Assembly (NCBI GenBank): GCA_050331735.1 | Contig: JBHJGN010000051.1 | Coordinates: 1-64,000 of the forward strand | DNA length: 64,000 bases | Source: Cyanophyceae cyanobacterium | Lineage (GTDB): Bacteria; Cyanobacteriota; Cyanobacteriia; Cyanobacteriales; JBHJGN01 | Reading direction: 5' to 3' | In this document: in pieces, positions 38,029 through 48,326 of the stretch | Numbering within the stretch: the stretch's first letter is position 1 | Layout: each line of letters begins with the position of its first letter | The notes under the pieces: model-generated | What the model was told of the DNA's origin: nothing | The model's input: only the letters and a program-made list of their open reading frames with translations | Databases searched by the model: none | Position numbers and translations under genes: made by a program

Positions 38029-38046
38029 GAGTCCGGCCAGTCCCGT
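38029..38046 (+). repeat. attR core GAGTCCGGCCAGTCCCGT (displaced tRNA 3' end)
   Basis: 16/18 identical to 25279-25296; similarity continues to ...ACATAGCTT. Confidence 0.85.
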
Positions 38047-38079
38047 GTAAACGCTCTTACATAGCTTGTCCGACAGCAC

Positions 38080-38415
38080 TTGTGGCGGAAGTTTTACGAA
38101 AGCCTAGGCAAGTCCTACTATGACGAATCGGTTAGCTTGGAGCTAGCCGAACGAATCGTCTTTGACCTGCTGAGCCAGAACGTACAGAGAGGAGATCTTA
38201 AAAAGCCGACTATAGCCGATGTATTAGGGAAAGCCAACTTGACCGAGTTTGCTAACTTTGTGGCCTTTGACAGGCCCAATGGCTTCAGCACTTCTGGTGG
38301 CCGGACCCTCACCCCTTATAGTCCCGGTCCTGTTGATGTGGGTGGGTCTAGTTCTGGTTCTGCGGCTGCCGTTGCTGCTAACCTCCTTTTAGCGATTTCA
38401 AACTTTTTGAGATAA
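38080..38415 (+). pseudogene. Chimeric remnant: fragments of a paralogous integrase joined to an amidase-signature fragment
   Basis: KFYESLGK vs integrase QFYKGLGK; ESVSLELAERIVFDLLSQNVQRGDLKK vs ETISSELAERIVFELLSKNVHRGNLKK; then LGKANLTEFANF...GGSSSGSAAAVAA (amidase signature). Confidence 0.8.
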
Positions 38416-38445
38416 GCTTTTAACCTGATTGCGATCGCAATCAGG

Positions 38446-39342
38446 CTATGAGCAGCGGATTTCTAGATAGCGGTGAAGATACTCTGTGATAATTCCATGT
38501 AACATTAAATCGCGAGCAGCTTGGAAAGGGCTATTTGGAGCTAAAGGATGGCGATTTGTGACGACATGGTTCCAGCTAGGATCGCCAGTGATTTTACTAA
38601 CGTAGAGAGCAAAATTTTCATCAAACTGTAGAGATAGCACTGCTCGGGCAAACTCATCGCTCGTTAAACAGAGAGAGTAAAACACTTTAAATAACTCAAT
38701 TGCTGATTCCAAATCGAGAATTCTCCAGGGGGGACGGTTCTCAAAATCTACATCCACCTCTATCGGCACAATGCTGTCGTAATCCAGTCCACGTCGTTTC
38801 ACTTGTTCGAGGTACTGGGGATTGACCTGTAGCGCCTGATGATAGTCAAAAACAAAGTTATACAGAATGAGGTCATGCTCTAAAAAAGCCTGTTTCTGAC
38901 CTAAATCGTCAACTGTGCGGGGATAAAGTCGGGATTTTTCGATTGTTGGGTTAGGACCATTATCTATCAGAAAATTGATGATGTTAGAGCCAAGACAAAT
39001 GTGGCGGATAATTAAATAGCAGGCTTCTGGCGAGACAAAGTGCTTGAGAAAAAACGCCGCTGAACGGTGCATCAGAGTATAGGCATTAAACTGAGGCAGC
39101 AAGCGCTTAGCAATCAGGATCAATGCCAACAGAACATTCGCCAGTAGCTTAATTGGGATTAACAGATAGTTGCGAGTCCAACTCTGCAAGTCCCGAATCA
39201 TGTAGGCTTTTGCAACTAGGTCAACAGGAATGGACTCATCCAAGTAGAGGACATCCCAGGCATTGGGGTTACGCCGGTTGTACGGTTGCGGTGTCCAGGT
39301 TGTGGGTTCTTGGGTTGGTGCTTCCCGCTGCTTTTCCTGCAT
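38446..39342 (-). CDS. Conserved hypothetical protein of the type found beside DarB/StlD-like ketosynthases (DUF6999-like)
   Basis: PNAWDVLYLDESIP, FVSPEACYLIIRH, SLQFDE and NRHP; TAATG-coupled to the ketosynthase. Confidence 0.65.
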   Translation of the reverse strand: MQEKQREAPTQEPTTWTPQPYNRRNPNAWDVLYLDESIPVDLVAKAYMIRDLQSWTRNYLLIPIKLLANVLLALILIAKRLLPQFNAYTLMHRSAAFFLKHFVSPEACYLIIRHICLGSNIINFLIDNGPNPTIEKSRLYPRTVDDLGQKQAFLEHDLILYNFVFDYHQALQVNPQYLEQVKRRGLDYDSIVPIEVDVDFENRPPWRILDLESAIELFKVFYSLCLTSDEFARAVLSLQFDENFALYVSKITGDPSWNHVVTNRHPLAPNSPFQAARDLMLHGIITEYLHRYLEIRCS

Positions 39343-41240
39343 TACTGAATCTCCTCTAGCTGTAACTGGTACAAACGAGCCGTGACTTTCGCTGTTTTGA
39401 CAATTTTTTGGGCAATCTCGGCGTTCATCCAGTCTGCGTTAATCATTGTCTCTAATTTGTTGATATGAGACTCATCATTCGCACCGTGGTAAGTCAAAAA
39501 GGAAACTTGCTCAGGGCGCAACTCTAAAGTTTGTTGAATCAGAGTTGCCCACTGGTAAGCTTGACTGCCCAACCCCTCGATGATGAAAATGCTGCCGATG
39601 AGGTCAACTGGGTTTTCCTGCGATGCCTGATGGAAGATGAATGCCGAGAGTGCTTCTGAGCCAATATTCTTTTGAGCTGAGACAATTTCTGCTAACTCAC
39701 CTCCAACATCAACATAGTTGCTCTCTAGCATTTGATAATCGCGATGCTCAGAGAGCGCATGACCAATGAAGGTGGAGCGCAACTGGAAATCTATCATGTT
39801 TGATGCTGCACGAGCAATCCAGCGTGCTCCCTCCACCACTTGGGGGCGGAGATTTCTCAACAACGTTTTATAGTCTTCTAGAGTAAATTCACCCCGGTGC
39901 AGTTTGCGGATAATTGGCACAGAACGAAGCTTGCGCTCAAATTCTAGCCAGACTAACGCCAACTGTTTCAGCAAATCAGCGCTAACAGACTTGGGTTTGG
40001 CTTGAATAGTGTTAAGCGGAAAACGAGCAGAGCCTGATTGCCTACTTTCGTTGTTGAAAGTTGGGGGAGTTTCCCCAGCAGTCGATGCCTCGACGACACT
40101 CAACATCATATAAGCAGTCGTAAAGCGTCCACTTTCTGGCACAAAACAGAAAATTTTTTGCCCTGAAAGTAACTTGCCAGAATGAAATAACTCTTCAAGC
40201 ATTAAATAGATTGAAGCACAGCCTGTATTGCCTCGGCTGTATAGGTTGGTAAACCACTTTTCTTCTGGAATCATGCAGTCGGCTCCCTCCAACAGCTCAA
40301 TTATTTTTCCTCGAAAGAAGTGGGAGGAGTAGTGACACAAAAGCCAGTCGATTTCTTCTGGGTTTACTCTCCCCGCTGCAATCAACTTTAGCCAACCTTC
40401 GACTCCTAATTTAATCACATCGTCTAGTCGCCGAATGTTTTGCCGGAGATTCATTGCTCCAGCGGCGGCGGCATGAGCCCAGGAGGGATAGTCCATCCAG
40501 CTTTTTTGACCTGTTTCATCCTCTGTACCCGCATACATACAGAGAGGATAGGCGTTAGCGTGGGAAACCAGTTCAATCCACTCAACTCTTAAGCTAATGC
40601 CATTAGCTCTCGGTTGATTCTGAATTAAGAACGAACCAGCACCATCTGAGAGCATCCAGCGCAGAAACTCTGTATCAAACGATAATTTTTCTCCGGTTGC
40701 AAAACGAGATTCTGCTTCAAAGTGAGTGTGTTTAAATAGTCGAGAAGCTAATTCGGAAGCAACCGCAACGGCAGCCCGTTTTTTGTGCAATTTCACTTGA
40801 GATACGGCATAGTTCAACGCTGCCACTCCAGCACAACAGACGCCTTGAGTGGAAACAATTTCGAGTGGGGGGAATTCTGGCAATTCACCGTGGACCATGC
40901 TGGCAAATCCAGGAATTAACACATCAGACCAACTGGTACTACAAGCAAGCAAATCAACGGCGGACGGTTCTAAATTCACTGTTGATAGCGCATCGCGGAC
41001 GGCTTCTGCTGCCATTTGGCTATTGAGATAAAGGGTGTTTTGCTGTTGGTCAAGGGCGTAGTAGCGCTGTTGAATGCCATTGCTTTTGAGGATGCGATGT
41101 CTAACTTTTGAAGCGCATCCACCAATTTTGCCTAGGTAATCTTCCATCTGCTCGTTACCGATTGGTTCACCGGGCAGAAATTTACCAATACTGTTTATGT
41201 AAGCGCTTTCCATAGATAATTTACTGAGGAGAAAATTCAA
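39342..41240 (-). CDS. FabH-like StlD/DarB family beta-ketosynthase fused to a heme-oxygenase-like (iron-containing redox) domain
   Basis: KFLPGEPI, GVCCAG (Cys), FLRWMLSDGAG, CHYSS (His), GNTG (Asn), VPESGRF. C-terminal RPQVVEGARWI, HALSEHRDY, FIIEGLG and YHGANDESH metal-ligand pattern. Confidence 0.85.
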   Translation of the reverse strand: MNFLLSKLSMESAYINSIGKFLPGEPIGNEQMEDYLGKIGGCASKVRHRILKSNGIQQRYYALDQQQNTLYLNSQMAAEAVRDALSTVNLEPSAVDLLACSTSWSDVLIPGFASMVHGELPEFPPLEIVSTQGVCCAGVAALNYAVSQVKLHKKRAAVAVASELASRLFKHTHFEAESRFATGEKLSFDTEFLRWMLSDGAGSFLIQNQPRANGISLRVEWIELVSHANAYPLCMYAGTEDETGQKSWMDYPSWAHAAAAGAMNLRQNIRRLDDVIKLGVEGWLKLIAAGRVNPEEIDWLLCHYSSHFFRGKIIELLEGADCMIPEEKWFTNLYSRGNTGCASIYLMLEELFHSGKLLSGQKIFCFVPESGRFTTAYMMLSVVEASTAGETPPTFNNESRQSGSARFPLNTIQAKPKSVSADLLKQLALVWLEFERKLRSVPIIRKLHRGEFTLEDYKTLLRNLRPQVVEGARWIARAASNMIDFQLRSTFIGHALSEHRDYQMLESNYVDVGGELAEIVSAQKNIGSEALSAFIFHQASQENPVDLIGSIFIIEGLGSQAYQWATLIQQTLELRPEQVSFLTYHGANDESHINKLETMINADWMNAEIAQKIVKTAKVTARLYQLQLEEIQ

Positions 41241-41579
41241 GTTACATAATTTTTATTATTAGTGAGCTGACTTACTCTTGAGAGTTTAGGTAGGACAATA
41301 TCTTAATTGGCAATTAGAACAGCCCTGCTTTCTGCCTGAGTTTTACTCAGGCAGAACAGTTGGCATAACCAGTAACTGTATTCGCGGCTGCCTGCGGCTC
41401 ATGGTGTGGTAGTGCTGGGGCTACTGCCGTTAGCAACAGCCCGACTGGCTCACACCCTACCCCTAGAGCCTGAGACTATTTATTAGTTGCTTTCCCCTGG
41501 TTTAATCTAGATTAATACTACTGATTCAGCAATACTGAAAAGACCTTTTTCATTTTTAACTCACCAAGGAATCGCCCCT

Positions 41580-42014
41580 GTGAAACACATTTTGATCGGC
41601 TTTAAATCAGTCGTTAATCAGTTAATCCGACAGCGAGGCGCGACTGGCGTGGTTCTCCTCGTGGGGTTGCTTCTAGCTTCACTCCATCTTCCCCAACCAA
41701 ACCCAGTGATGCTGGCGCAGGAACCGCCACCCAAGCTAGGCGCGGCTGAAATAGAACGGCAGCTCCAGACACTCCCGAATTGGACGATCGCAAACCACCA
41801 GCTTCGCCGTACCTACCAGTTTCAAGATTTTGTTGAGGCGATGGCGTTTGTTAATCGTTTAGTCGAGCCTGCCGAAAGCGCCGGACATCATCCTGATATT
41901 ACGATTTCCTACAACCGGGTAGCGATTAGCCTCACAACTCACGATGTTGGCGGCATTACGCAAAAAGATTTTGACTTGGCTCAGGTGATTGCTCGCGTCG
42001 CAGAACAGCTTTAA
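41580..42014 (+). CDS. phhB: Pterin-4-alpha-carbinolamine dehydratase with N-terminal signal/anchor
   Basis: FQDFVEAMAFVN, AESAGHHPDI and LTTHDVGGIT.KD. Confidence 0.85.
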   Translation: MKHILIGFKSVVNQLIRQRGATGVVLLVGLLLASLHLPQPNPVMLAQEPPPKLGAAEIERQLQTLPNWTIANHQLRRTYQFQDFVEAMAFVNRLVEPAESAGHHPDITISYNRVAISLTTHDVGGITQKDFDLAQVIARVAEQL

Positions 42015-42166
42015 TATTTGTCACACAAACTTCATACGGCTGTCATCGAAAAGCCATATCTCCTCCATATATTAAAAAGTGTCAGCTCAAACAGATTTGA
42101 ATCGATGCTCCTTCAGGCTTGAGCTGACTTTTCTACTCTTCTTAACCTGTCTAGCGTTCGTCGAAT

Positions 42167-43405
42167 TTGATAAGAAGCTATTTTAAAGACATGAAACCAT
42201 TCTCTTCAGAAAAAAATTTCTCCTCGTCTTCAACCTCCTCTCAGATGCCCTGGCGGAAGGCTGCTACCACCGCTTCTTTGGTAGCGATAGGGGCGGGAAT
42301 GGCCTTGGGAGGGAACTATTTGGTCAATGCTCCTCTGGAAGCACAGACAGTCGAGCCAGATGCTGAAGTACAGCCCGCTCGTCCGGCACTCAATACTGTT
42401 ACGCCGACTAATTTCGTTTCAGAGGTCGTCGAACAGGTCGGTCCGGCGGTAGTGCGGATTAACGCGTCTCGCACAGTGAGTACCCGCCGCCCGGAAGTGT
42501 TTAACGATCCGTTCTTTCGGCGGTTCTTTGGGTCTCAAATTCCCGACATGCCTGATACTCAGATGCAGCGAGGCACGGGCTCTGGATTTATCGTCAGCGA
42601 GGACGGCCAGATCTTAACCAATGCCCACGTTGTTGATGGAGCCGACCGCGTAACGGTAACGTTAAAAGATGGTCGGACTCTAGAGGGAGAGGTGATGGGA
42701 ACCGATCCGGTGACGGATGTTGCGGTGATTAAGGTAGAGGCAGTCAGTCTCCCCACCGTCAGCATTGGTAATTCTGAGCAACTGCGTCCGGGAGAATGGG
42801 CGATCGCCATTGGCAACCCTCTCGGACTGGATAATACCGTCACTACCGGCATCATTAGCGGGACAGGACGGACCAGTTCCCAGGTGGGCGTTCCCGATAA
42901 ACGAGTCGATTTCATTCAAACCGATGCCGCCATTAATCCCGGCAACTCTGGCGGTCCGTTGCTAAATGCTCAAGGTGAGGTCATCGGCATCAATACCGCG
43001 ATCATTCGCAATGCTCAAGGACTTGGATTTGCCATTCCCATCGATCGTGCCCAGGAAATTGCCGATCAGCTTATTGCTAACGGAAGAGTCGATCACCCCT
43101 ACCTTGGCGTTCAGATGGCGATGCTGACTCCAGAGGTCAAGGAACAGTTAAGCAGCCAAGGATTAACTATCGCAGCCGATGAAGGAGTGCTGATTGTGGA
43201 TGTTGTGCCTAATTCTCCTGCCGCGCGAGCCGGATTAGAGGCAGGAGATGTCATTAGAACCATCGATGGCAGTACCGTCACCAGTCCAACTGATGTTCAG
43301 CAGGCAGTTGCTGAGGTTGCCGTGGGAGAGAATTTACCGCTAGAGCTACAGCGAGAGCGGAGAGTGGTGAACCGATCTGTCCGGGTTGGTGTCTTGCCGT
43401 CCTAG
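42167..43405 (+). CDS. HtrA/Deg serine protease (HhoA/HhoB type) with PDZ domain
   Basis: [35 protein letters not shown] and C-terminal PDZ. Confidence 0.95.
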   Translation: MIRSYFKDMKPFSSEKNFSSSSTSSQMPWRKAATTASLVAIGAGMALGGNYLVNAPLEAQTVEPDAEVQPARPALNTVTPTNFVSEVVEQVGPAVVRINASRTVSTRRPEVFNDPFFRRFFGSQIPDMPDTQMQRGTGSGFIVSEDGQILTNAHVVDGADRVTVTLKDGRTLEGEVMGTDPVTDVAVIKVEAVSLPTVSIGNSEQLRPGEWAIAIGNPLGLDNTVTTGIISGTGRTSSQVGVPDKRVDFIQTDAAINPGNSGGPLLNAQGEVIGINTAIIRNAQGLGFAIPIDRAQEIADQLIANGRVDHPYLGVQMAMLTPEVKEQLSSQGLTIAADEGVLIVDVVPNSPAARAGLEAGDVIRTIDGSTVTSPTDVQQAVAEVAVGENLPLELQRERRVVNRSVRVGVLPS

Positions 43406-43446
43406 GCTTCAAGTTTTCTCAAGTTTGACTGTTAGTATTGGCTAGT

Positions 43447-43475
43447 TGCCCTCGGTTAACCGAGGGCATTTTTTT
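43447..43475 (+). terminator. Rho-independent terminator
   Basis: TGCCCTCGG-ttaa-CCGAGGGCA followed by a T run. Confidence 0.8.
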
Positions 43476-43562
43476 AGCGACTGACTCAATCAAAGGGTAA
43501 TGTCAAACTCTATTGATCTCTCGATTTTCGCAGTGATTTATTAATTCTGAACTCCAAATTTT

Positions 43563-43970
43563 CTAGTCTCCAATCGCTTCCCGCACTTTACCAACAATTT
43601 CTTCTAATGGACTAGTTTCGGGAACTTTTTGTCCCTCAGCGCCAGTAACTCTCTTGTAGGGAGCTGGCATATTTTCGGGATTGTTTCCCTCCTGGACTTC
43701 TTCTTGAAAAAACTCCTCTTCCATGCCCACGCCTTCGCGCAAATCGTAGGCGCGATCAATTTTTTCTTCAGGAGTGAGAGGCTTATAGGAAGAGGTTCGC
43801 GGCGTTAACGGTCGTTCGGGACCAGGATTTTCTGGCTGAGTATACAACGCTGAGGCGGCAAAACTGGGCTGCTGAAGACCCATCAGGCAGGATAGCATGA
43901 GACATGAAGCGAGAGCGATCGCCAAAATGCGGCGGCGAAGCTTGTTTAAAGTGGGTAGGAACATCATCAA
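43563..43970 (-). CDS. Secreted/thylakoid-lumen-type hypothetical protein
   Basis: LRRRILAIALA...PSFA signal-like N-terminus; LTPEEKIDRAY. Confidence 0.6.
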   Translation of the reverse strand: MMMFLPTLNKLRRRILAIALASCLMLSCLMGLQQPSFAASALYTQPENPGPERPLTPRTSSYKPLTPEEKIDRAYDLREGVGMEEEFFQEEVQEGNNPENMPAPYKRVTGAEGQKVPETSPLEEIVGKVREAIGD

Positions 43971-44154
43971 AACGTCTCCTTGTCAATAAGGTATTGGTGG
44001 GCAAACACCTGAGTGAGGTGCTGCTTGCCAGAGTGCATTTTATGGAGCTGAGGAAGTTTCCGTCTTCTGCCAGAGGATACATTTTTCGGTCGCTGGCTTC
44101 TTGGCGGTATTTGCTGACTTTGGTCTTTCGAGACTGCTTTTAATTGTGTGCACT

Positions 44155-47100
44155 TCAGCCTTGAACTGCTGTTCGCCCGTAGCCGCCGCCGCCGGGAGTT
44201 TCAATCACAAACTCGTCTCCTGGCTGCATGGCTACCGTTGCGGTGCTGGCTAACTTTTCGACGCTGCCATCTTTCCTCGCCACCCAATTTTTTCCCACCG
44301 CCCCGGCTGTGCCTCCCTGCAACCCAAAAGGAGGCACGACGCGACGACTCGATAAAATCGCTGCGGTCATCGCTTCGCGAAAGCGAATGCGCCGCACAAC
44401 GCCATTGCCTCCGCGCTGCTTGCCGTTGCCCCCACTGCCGGGACGAATGCCAAAGCTTTCTACCACAACAGGATAACGCCATTCCAAGACTTCTGGATCG
44501 GTCAGACGCGAATTCGTCATGTGAGTCTGTACGGCATCGGTGCCGTTAAAGTCGGGTCCGGCTCCAGATCCCCCACAAATCGTTTCGTAATACTGATATT
44601 TCTCATTGCCGAAAGTAAAGTTATTCATAGTTCCCTGAGAGGCAGCCAGCGCCTGTAGTGCTCCGTAGAGGCAGTCGGTGATGTTTTGAGAGGTTTCGAC
44701 GTTTCCCGCCACCACCGCCGCCGGGTACTGGGGGTTGAGCAGACAGCCTTCGGGGAGGACGATTTCTAGGGGTTTGAGACAGCCTTCATTGAGGGGAATA
44801 TTGTCTGCCACTAGAGTCCGAAAAACGTACAGCACCGCTGCCTGACAGACGGCGGCGGGAGCATTAAAATTATTGGCCTGTTGGGGAGAGGTTCCGGTAA
44901 AGTCGATGGTGGCGCGGCGATCGCCTCGATGAATCCGCACGGCGACCTGAATCTGCGCTCCTGTATCCAGTTTGACGGTAAAGCATCCGTCAGTGAGTAC
45001 ATCGATCACGCGCCTAACGCATTCTTCAGCGTTATCTTGTACAAACCCCATATAGGTCTGCACTGTTTCTAAACCGAACTCCGACACCATCCGGCGCAAC
45101 TCCTGTACGCCTTTTTCGTTCGCAGCGATCTGCGCCCGCAAATCTGCTAAATTCTGTTGCGGGTTCCGAACTGGATAGCGAGCGCCACACAGCACCTCCA
45201 GCAACTCCTGTTCGCGAAAGTGTCCGGCTGTCACAATCTGAAAATTGTCTAGCAAGATTCCCTCTTCCTCCACCGAGGTGCTGGTGGGAGGCATCGAACC
45301 AGGAGTGATGCCGCCAATATCGGCATGGTGTCCCCGCGAGGCGGTATAAAAGATCAGTCCGGCTTCGTTAAACACGGGCGTAATTGCCGTGATGTCGGGT
45401 AAGTGTGTCCCGCCGTTGTAGGGATTATTGAGGAGATAAACATCCCCTGGCTTGAGATCGTCCCCCTGAGCTTCAATCAGAGAGCGAACGCTGCGGCTCA
45501 TTGACCCTAAATGGACCGGAATATGAGGCGCATTAGCAACTAATTGCCCTTTTTGGTCAAAAATAGCGCAGGAAAAATCTAGCCGCTCTTTGATGTTTAC
45601 CGAGTAGCTGGTATTCTGGAGCGTGGTTCCCATCTGTTCAGCAACGGAACGAAACAGGTTGTTGAAAATTTCCAGCATCACCGGATCGGGGGCATCGGCT
45701 GGTTGCTGAGTTGGGCTTTGAAACTGAGAGCTGTTGGCGTTGATTTTGTTAAAAACGAGATGGTTGCGTTCTGTAATGCGAGCTTGCCATCCGGGCTCAA
45801 CGACGTTTGTTCCGGTCGTTTCGATAATTAAGGCAGGACTGGCAATCACGTCCCCTGGCTGCAAGTCTTCTCGCTTGAATACGGGAGTGTCGTGCCAAGC
45901 ATTTGCTGCATACATAGATACCGTAGCGGCGGGACGAGGCGAGGCTTCTGTCTGTCGGGTAACGAACGGTTCTTCGGGAGTATGGGTGGCACAAATTAAC
46001 TCTACAGAAACCGTATCGACAACCAGTGCTTTATCTGTAACGAAGCCGTAGCGCTGCTGGTGCAGTTCGGCAAACTGCTGTTTCATAGAGTCAAGAGCGG
46101 CATAGTTAACAATCAGAGGCGAATCGGTGCCGGCGTATTTCAAATGGACTCGGCGAACGATCTGCGCGTCGTTTCCGGCGTTTTGGCGGTCTAATTCGGC
46201 TTCTCCTTGACCTACCAGGGCCGATAGCTGCTGTTCTAGCTGGGGCAAGAGCGGCTCGGTTAAGTTGGCTTCTACAGTCTGTTCCCGCAGTACGCGAACA
46301 TCGGCGAGACCAATGCCGTAAGCAGAAAGCACTCCGGCGTAGGGGTGAATCAGAATTTGCCCGATATCTAAAGCATCGGCAATCAGGCAGGCATGCTGTC
46401 CCCCCGCACCGCCGAAGCAGCAGAGGGTGTACTGAGAAACATCGTAGCCACGCTGGAGCGAGATTTTCTTGATGGCGTTTGCCATCTTTTCAACGGCGAT
46501 CGCCAAAAATCCCGTCGCTACCTCCTCGGGTCGTTCGGACTGAAACTGGCTAAATTTCTTCTGGACTACGGCAATATCGAGAGGCGCCTTGGCATCGGGA
46601 CCAAACACCTGGGGAAAAAACTTCGGCTGAAGCTTCCCCACCATCACGTTACAGTCGGTAATGGTCAGGGGTCCGCCTCTCCCGTAGCAGGCTGGACCGG
46701 GATTGGCTCCCGCCGATTCTGGACCGACGCGATAGCGAGACCCGTCGAAGCGTACTACCGAACCTCCTCCCGCCGCCACTGTATGAATCGACATCATCGG
46801 CGTACGCAGTCGCGCCCCGGCGATTTCGGTTTCAAAGCGGCGTTCGTACTCGCCGCTGTAGTGAGCCACATCCGTTGAGGTGCCGCCCATATCGAAGCTG
46901 ATAATCTTGTCAAAGCCAGCAATATGACTCGTTTTGACCGCTCCTACAATCCCCCCAGCCGGACCGGAGAGAATACTGTCTTTGCCGTGAAACACTCCGG
47001 CATCTGCCAGTCCTCCGTTAGACTGCATAAACATCAGTCGGGGTAACAAGTCTGCCTCGGTTCTGCCGCCCCGCAACTGGTCTGTTACCTGGTTCACGTA

Positions 47101-47775
47101 GCGCTCTAAAATCGGCGACAGGTAGGCATCGACAACGGTAGTATCCCCGCGACTGACTAGCTTAATCAGAGGACTGACGCGATGGGAAATAGAGACCTGG
47201 GTAAAGCCGATTTCCTGAGCTATTTCAGCAACCGTTTGTTCGTGTTCGGGGTAGCGGTAGCCATGCATGAAGACGATGGCACAGCTACGAATCCCCGTAT
47301 CGTAGACGGCCTGAAGGTCGTGCCTAACCTGGGTCGCGTCAACGGGGCTTAATTCATTACCCTGAGCGTCAAACCGCGCGGCCACTTCCACCACTCGTTC
47401 ATAGATCACCTCGGGCAGCACGATCTGACGAGCAAAAATATCGGGGCGGTTTTGAGCGCCGATCCGCAGCGCATCGCGAAATCCTTGGGTGATGATGAGA
47501 GCTGTGCGATCGCCTTTTCTTTCCAACAGAGCGTTGGTCGCCACCGTCGTCCCCATCTTGATCGCGTCAATTTGGTCCGAGGGAATCAGCTCATCGGCTC
47601 CAAGGCCCATCACCTCGCGGATTCCCTGAACAGGAGCATCCTGATATTGTTCCGGGTTCTCCGAGAGCAGCTTGTGAATCACAATTTCTCCGTTAGGACG
47701 CTGGGCAACGATATCGGTAAAGGTTCCTCCCCGGTCGATCCAAAATTGCCAGCGGCGATGGGCAGTTGTGCTCAT
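44155..47775 (-). CDS. ATP-dependent 5-oxoprolinase (fused hydantoinase A/B)
   Basis: [50 protein letters not shown] and TPGGGGYG. Confidence 0.95.
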   Translation of the reverse strand: MSTTAHRRWQFWIDRGGTFTDIVAQRPNGEIVIHKLLSENPEQYQDAPVQGIREVMGLGADELIPSDQIDAIKMGTTVATNALLERKGDRTALIITQGFRDALRIGAQNRPDIFARQIVLPEVIYERVVEVAARFDAQGNELSPVDATQVRHDLQAVYDTGIRSCAIVFMHGYRYPEHEQTVAEIAQEIGFTQVSISHRVSPLIKLVSRGDTTVVDAYLSPILERYVNQVTDQLRGGRTEADLLPRLMFMQSNGGLADAGVFHGKDSILSGPAGGIVGAVKTSHIAGFDKIISFDMGGTSTDVAHYSGEYERRFETEIAGARLRTPMMSIHTVAAGGGSVVRFDGSRYRVGPESAGANPGPACYGRGGPLTITDCNVMVGKLQPKFFPQVFGPDAKAPLDIAVVQKKFSQFQSERPEEVATGFLAIAVEKMANAIKKISLQRGYDVSQYTLCCFGGAGGQHACLIADALDIGQILIHPYAGVLSAYGIGLADVRVLREQTVEANLTEPLLPQLEQQLSALVGQGEAELDRQNAGNDAQIVRRVHLKYAGTDSPLIVNYAALDSMKQQFAELHQQRYGFVTDKALVVDTVSVELICATHTPEEPFVTRQTEASPRPAATVSMYAANAWHDTPVFKREDLQPGDVIASPALIIETTGTNVVEPGWQARITERNHLVFNKINANSSQFQSPTQQPADAPDPVMLEIFNNLFRSVAEQMGTTLQNTSYSVNIKERLDFSCAIFDQKGQLVANAPHIPVHLGSMSRSVRSLIEAQGDDLKPGDVYLLNNPYNGGTHLPDITAITPVFNEAGLIFYTASRGHHADIGGITPGSMPPTSTSVEEEGILLDNFQIVTAGHFREQELLEVLCGARYPVRNPQQNLADLRAQIAANEKGVQELRRMVSEFGLETVQTYMGFVQDNAEECVRRVIDVLTDGCFTVKLDTGAQIQVAVRIHRGDRRATIDFTGTSPQQANNFNAPAAVCQAAVLYVFRTLVADNIPLNEGCLKPLEIVLPEGCLLNPQYPAAVVAGNVETSQNITDCLYGALQALAASQGTMNNFTFGNEKYQYYETICGGSGAGPDFNGTDAVQTHMTNSRLTDPEVLEWRYPVVVESFGIRPGSGGNGKQRGGNGVVRRIRFREAMTAAILSSRRVVPPFGLQGGTAGAVGKNWVARKDGSVEKLASTATVAMQPGDEFVIETPGGGGYGRTAVQG

Positions 47776-47972
47776 GGAATAAGATTAGCTTTAGACAGTA
47801 AAACTTCTGTAGTCAGCAGTAGCGCTAACCATTATTCTACCGAGCGACGTTTTCAAAACGGTAAACAGCAAACAGTATGGGATTTCTCCGATGAGTGCGC
47901 TAGTCACTTATCGGAGCAATTGCTATCTGACTCGTCTCAACAGAGAAGAATTACAGCAGACTAGTTCGCAGA

Positions 47973-48326
47973 TTAACCAACAGGAGTAACCGGAGTCATC
48001 AAAGTAATGATGCTGGAGGCTAAGTTCAACACCCTTGCAATGGTCCCTAGAGCCTGCCGCAGGCTTTCGACGGCCATCAGAAACTCATCAGCTTCATCAA
48101 TTGCTTCTCCCAACTGTGCTAATGGCTCTGTTATTCGGTCGATGGCGTCATGCGTAATCAGAGCACTCAACGATACCGAGACCCCCCTCAGCGCGTTCTC
48201 CCGAGTATTCAGCGTTCGTCTCTGATTCACTGTCAACTGTGTCCCGAATCTGACTCGAAAGTTTTGGACGTCATCTGCTAGCTCCATCAGAGCATTTGGA
48301 ATTTGGAAAGGATCAATATTAGTCAT
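47973..48326 (-). CDS. All-helical hypothetical protein (117 aa)
   Basis: TAATG-coupled to the upstream lipoprotein; amphipathic helices. Confidence 0.65.
   Translation of the reverse strand: MTNIDPFQIPNALMELADDVQNFRVRFGTQLTVNQRRTLNTRENALRGVSVSLSALITHDAIDRITEPLAQLGEAIDEADEFLMAVESLRQALGTIARVLNLASSIITLMTPVTPVG

Larger units (their letters stand above)
25279..38046. mobile_element. Integrated 12.75-kb prophage-like element in the tRNA-Arg(CCU) 3' exon
   Basis: Flanking direct repeat of the tRNA 3' end (16/18 identical), adjacent tyrosine integrase, endolysin, replication ATPase and many small coupled ORFs. Confidence 0.9.

Noticed and set aside
38080..38415. A functional 111-aa protein
   Set aside because: It is a patchwork of integrase and amidase fragments lacking the catalytic cores of both.
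41330..41470. Riboswitch upstream of the ketosynthase gene
   Set aside because: A strong hairpin (TTCTGCCTGAGT/ACTCAGGCAGAA) and GC-rich stems are present, but no recognisable aptamer consensus.
44148..47964. Several plus-strand ORFs of 60-170 aa
   Set aside because: They are antisense shadows of the oxoprolinase gene. The same applies to the short ORFs overlapping GHL10, helY, tgpA, htrA and ychF.
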